Assembly (NCBI GenBank): GCA_045650505.1
Contig: JAZRRE010000003.1
Coordinates: 11,759 to 75,758 of the forward strand
Reading direction: 5' to 3'
Length of the DNA: 64,000 nt
Source: Clostridia bacterium
GTDB lineage: Bacteria; Bacillota; Clostridia; Christensenellales; UBA1242
This document shows, piece after piece, positions 62,240 through 64,000 of the stretch (positions are counted from its first letter, which is position 1; every line of letters begins with the position of its first letter). The notes beneath the pieces are model-generated. The model saw only the letters and a list, made by a program, of their open reading frames with translations. It did no database searches and was not told the DNA's origin. Both the position numbers and the translations under genes were made by a program.

Positions 62240-64000
62240 ATGGCAGAACAAAAAAAACAAAACGACAATTTAACACCAGGAGGCAGTGACCAACCAGAAG
62301 TTTTATCAGAAATTTTTGATAAACTTTACAGTAAACAGGAAAGAAGTGTTTTAGAAGATTGGATTGCTAACATTAAATCAGACCTTGAAAGCGTTCCAGA
62401 TGTTGATGGGTTTGTTATGTCGAGAATTAAAGGACCTCTTTCAATCTTGAAGAAGGTTAATGGAGATAGCAAATATTTAGCTGAATGGAACACAATGAAA
62501 GACCTTTTAGGATTTATGGTGGTTGTTGATTCAAATGCTGAAATTGATACTTTGCTTTATTATATGCAAACACACTTTGGTATGTTAAAAAATCCTAATG
62601 CAAAGACTTTTATTAGTGATTTTAGAAAGAAACCAATTCGTGAACCAGACCCAACAAGACCAAAAATTTTTGATGCTCCATCACCAAAGGGATATCAAGT
62701 TAACGATGGTTATAAAAACGTTAGAATAAACTTGATGGTTTCAGAATATCCTGTTGAAATTCAAGTTAAAACACGTGAACAATATGTTGCTCATATGGCA
62801 ACTCACGACCCTGTTTATAAGTCTAAAATTATTCCAGATGAAATTTCAGCTCATCGTTTTTCTGATGCACTTTTCCCATATTTTGAAGCTTATGCTCATT
62901 TAAAACTTAAAGAAGATGAGATGACTCCAACTCAAATGGAAAACTGCAAAAAGGATATGAGAGCTATCTTTGAAAGAAATAAAGATATTTATGAACAATA
63001 TCCTGAAGTTTATAATGAAGCTTGTAGCATTTTTGCGGTTTATGTTTTTGTTATGAAAAACCGTGAACAACTTTATGCTGATGCACTTTTAGATGATTCA
63101 GTTGTAAACAATCAACTTTTAGAAGCAGAAATCTTGAGAATTTTCCACTATAAACAAAAAGAATTGCTTAAAAAAGATAAGTCACTCACTGACAGTAAGT
63201 CGTTTATGAAAACTGCTGAAGAAATTATGAGTATGTCTTATGATGAATACAAAGAAACATCTAAAAAGCTTGCGGGTGAATATCGTAAAGAGCTTTGCAT
63301 TATTTCAGGTGTATTTGATATGATTCGTGAACAAGATATCAACCTTATTAAAAGATGTGCAAAAAGCTTTAGAAGGGTTGTTGTGTCTGTTTATGATGAT
63401 GACCTTGCAAAACTTTATCTTGGAATTGAACCAATGTACACAACAGCTGAAAGAATGAAAGCACTTGAAATGATTGATGATGTTGCAAGTGTCAGTGTTG
63501 TTGGAATTGATGGTTCTGTTAATGATAAAGAAATGGTTGAACCATTCATCATTGATAAACCGGTTCAAAAGAAATATAAACTTGGATATCTTCCAGGTGT
63601 GTTTGATTTATTCCACCCGGGACATATTGAGTATATTCAAGAAGCATCAAAACTTTGCGAAAGACTTGTTGTTGGCATTAAAACTGATGATTATGTTATG
63701 CTTAACAAAAAGAAAACAACCATTCAAAATGAAAGAGAAAGAGCAATTATTGCAGATGCTCTTGTTTGTGTTGATGGTGTTGAAATTACCGGTTATGATA
63801 TCACACCGCCAATTAGAGTGCTTCACGAATTAGAAGAAGTTGGAAAAAATGGTGAGGGTGCAGTTATTTTCTTGGGTTCAGATTGGCATAAGCCAGAAAC
63901 TTTGAAGAAAAAGAGCCCTTTAAGTTTGGGTGAGTATGAAATGCTTCAAAAAGGTTACCCAATGATTGAATTTGGAAAAATTCCAAGAGGCGAAAGCAAA
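62240..64000 (+). CDS. RelA/SpoT-like nucleotidyltransferase domain fused to two cytidylyltransferase-like domains (3' end outside the window)
   Basis: Hand-translated with no stop to base 64000 (587 codons). Motifs: SRIKGPLSILKK...DLLGFMVVV...GYKNVRINLMVSEYPVEIQVKTREQYVAHMATHDPVYK (RSH synthetase-like), ISGVFDMIREQD... (degenerate HIGH), and GVFDLFHPGHIEYIQ...GSDW...IPRGES (TagD-like). Absent from the ORF track because it is open-ended. Confidence 0.8.
   Translation, partial: MAEQKKQNDNLTPGGSDQPEVLSEIFDKLYSKQERSVLEDWIANIKSDLESVPDVDGFVMSRIKGPLSILKKVNGDSKYLAEWNTMKDLLGFMVVVDSNAEIDTLLYYMQTHFGMLKNPNAKTFISDFRKKPIREPDPTRPKIFDAPSPKGYQVNDGYKNVRINLMVSEYPVEIQVKTREQYVAHMATHDPVYKSKIIPDEISAHRFSDALFPYFEAYAHLKLKEDEMTPTQMENCKKDMRAIFERNKDIYEQYPEVYNEACSIFAVYVFVMKNREQLYADALLDDSVVNNQLLEAEILRIFHYKQKELLKKDKSLTDSKSFMKTAEEIMSMSYDEYKETSKKLAGEYRKELCIISGVFDMIREQDINLIKRCAKSFRRVVVSVYDDDLAKLYLGIEPMYTTAERMKALEMIDDVASVSVVGIDGSVNDKEMVEPFIIDKPVQKKYKLGYLPGVFDLFHPGHIEYIQEASKLCERLVVGIKTDDYVMLNKKKTTIQNERERAIIADALVCVDGVEITGYDITPPIRVLHELEEVGKNGEGAVIFLGSDWHKPETLKKKSPLSLGEYEMLQKGYPMIEFGKIPRGESK

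Overview
This is a low-GC, Firmicutes-type chromosomal segment. The presence of spo0A, a SipL-like DUF3794/LysM protein, veg and ricT/yaaT points to an endospore-former, Clostridia-like lineage. Bases 1-12.2 kb hold the distal part of the S10-spc-alpha ribosomal superoperon (rpsC through rplQ, with secY, adk, infA, rpmJ and rpoA). Several of its r-proteins carry unusual low-complexity tails, and uL24 has a Cys4 insertion. Bases 12.3-21.6 kb hold a MacB-type ABC fusion, an M-box-controlled mgtE, rnr, an orphan reverse-strand gene, smpB and tmRNA. Bases 21.6-34.9 kb are a visibly more AT-rich accessory island directly downstream of ssrA, and they are the most interesting part of the window. The island starts with a 17-bp duplicate of the tmRNA 3' end. 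It then holds a MuF-motif/barnase toxin with three tandem barstar genes, and a TM-less FtsH-like AAA+/M41 protease with a PPP-family phosphatase. Next come a WYL regulator with two nuclease-like genes (PD-(D/E)xK-like and GIY-YIG), an N-terminally truncated GmrSD-type gene and a stand-alone FtsK-gamma wHTH protein. It ends with an SF2 helicase that has a membrane hairpin, followed by an unannotatable 54-aa + 552-aa operon, and a divergent NUDIX gene. Three island transcription units, possibly four, share a reiterated operator-promoter module. I saw no integrase, transposase, CRISPR array, tRNA or rRNA. Bases 35-64 kb are mostly housekeeping genes: spo0A, adhE, SRP RNA, RNA-modification enzymes, ung, acpP, veg, greA, holB and ricT. 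Oddities there include a 1191-aa E/K-rich protein and, at the window edge, an open RelA/SpoT-like domain fused to tandem cytidylyltransferase-like domains. All calls come from reading the translations and sequence by eye. RNA ends and promoter calls are approximate, and no database search was run.
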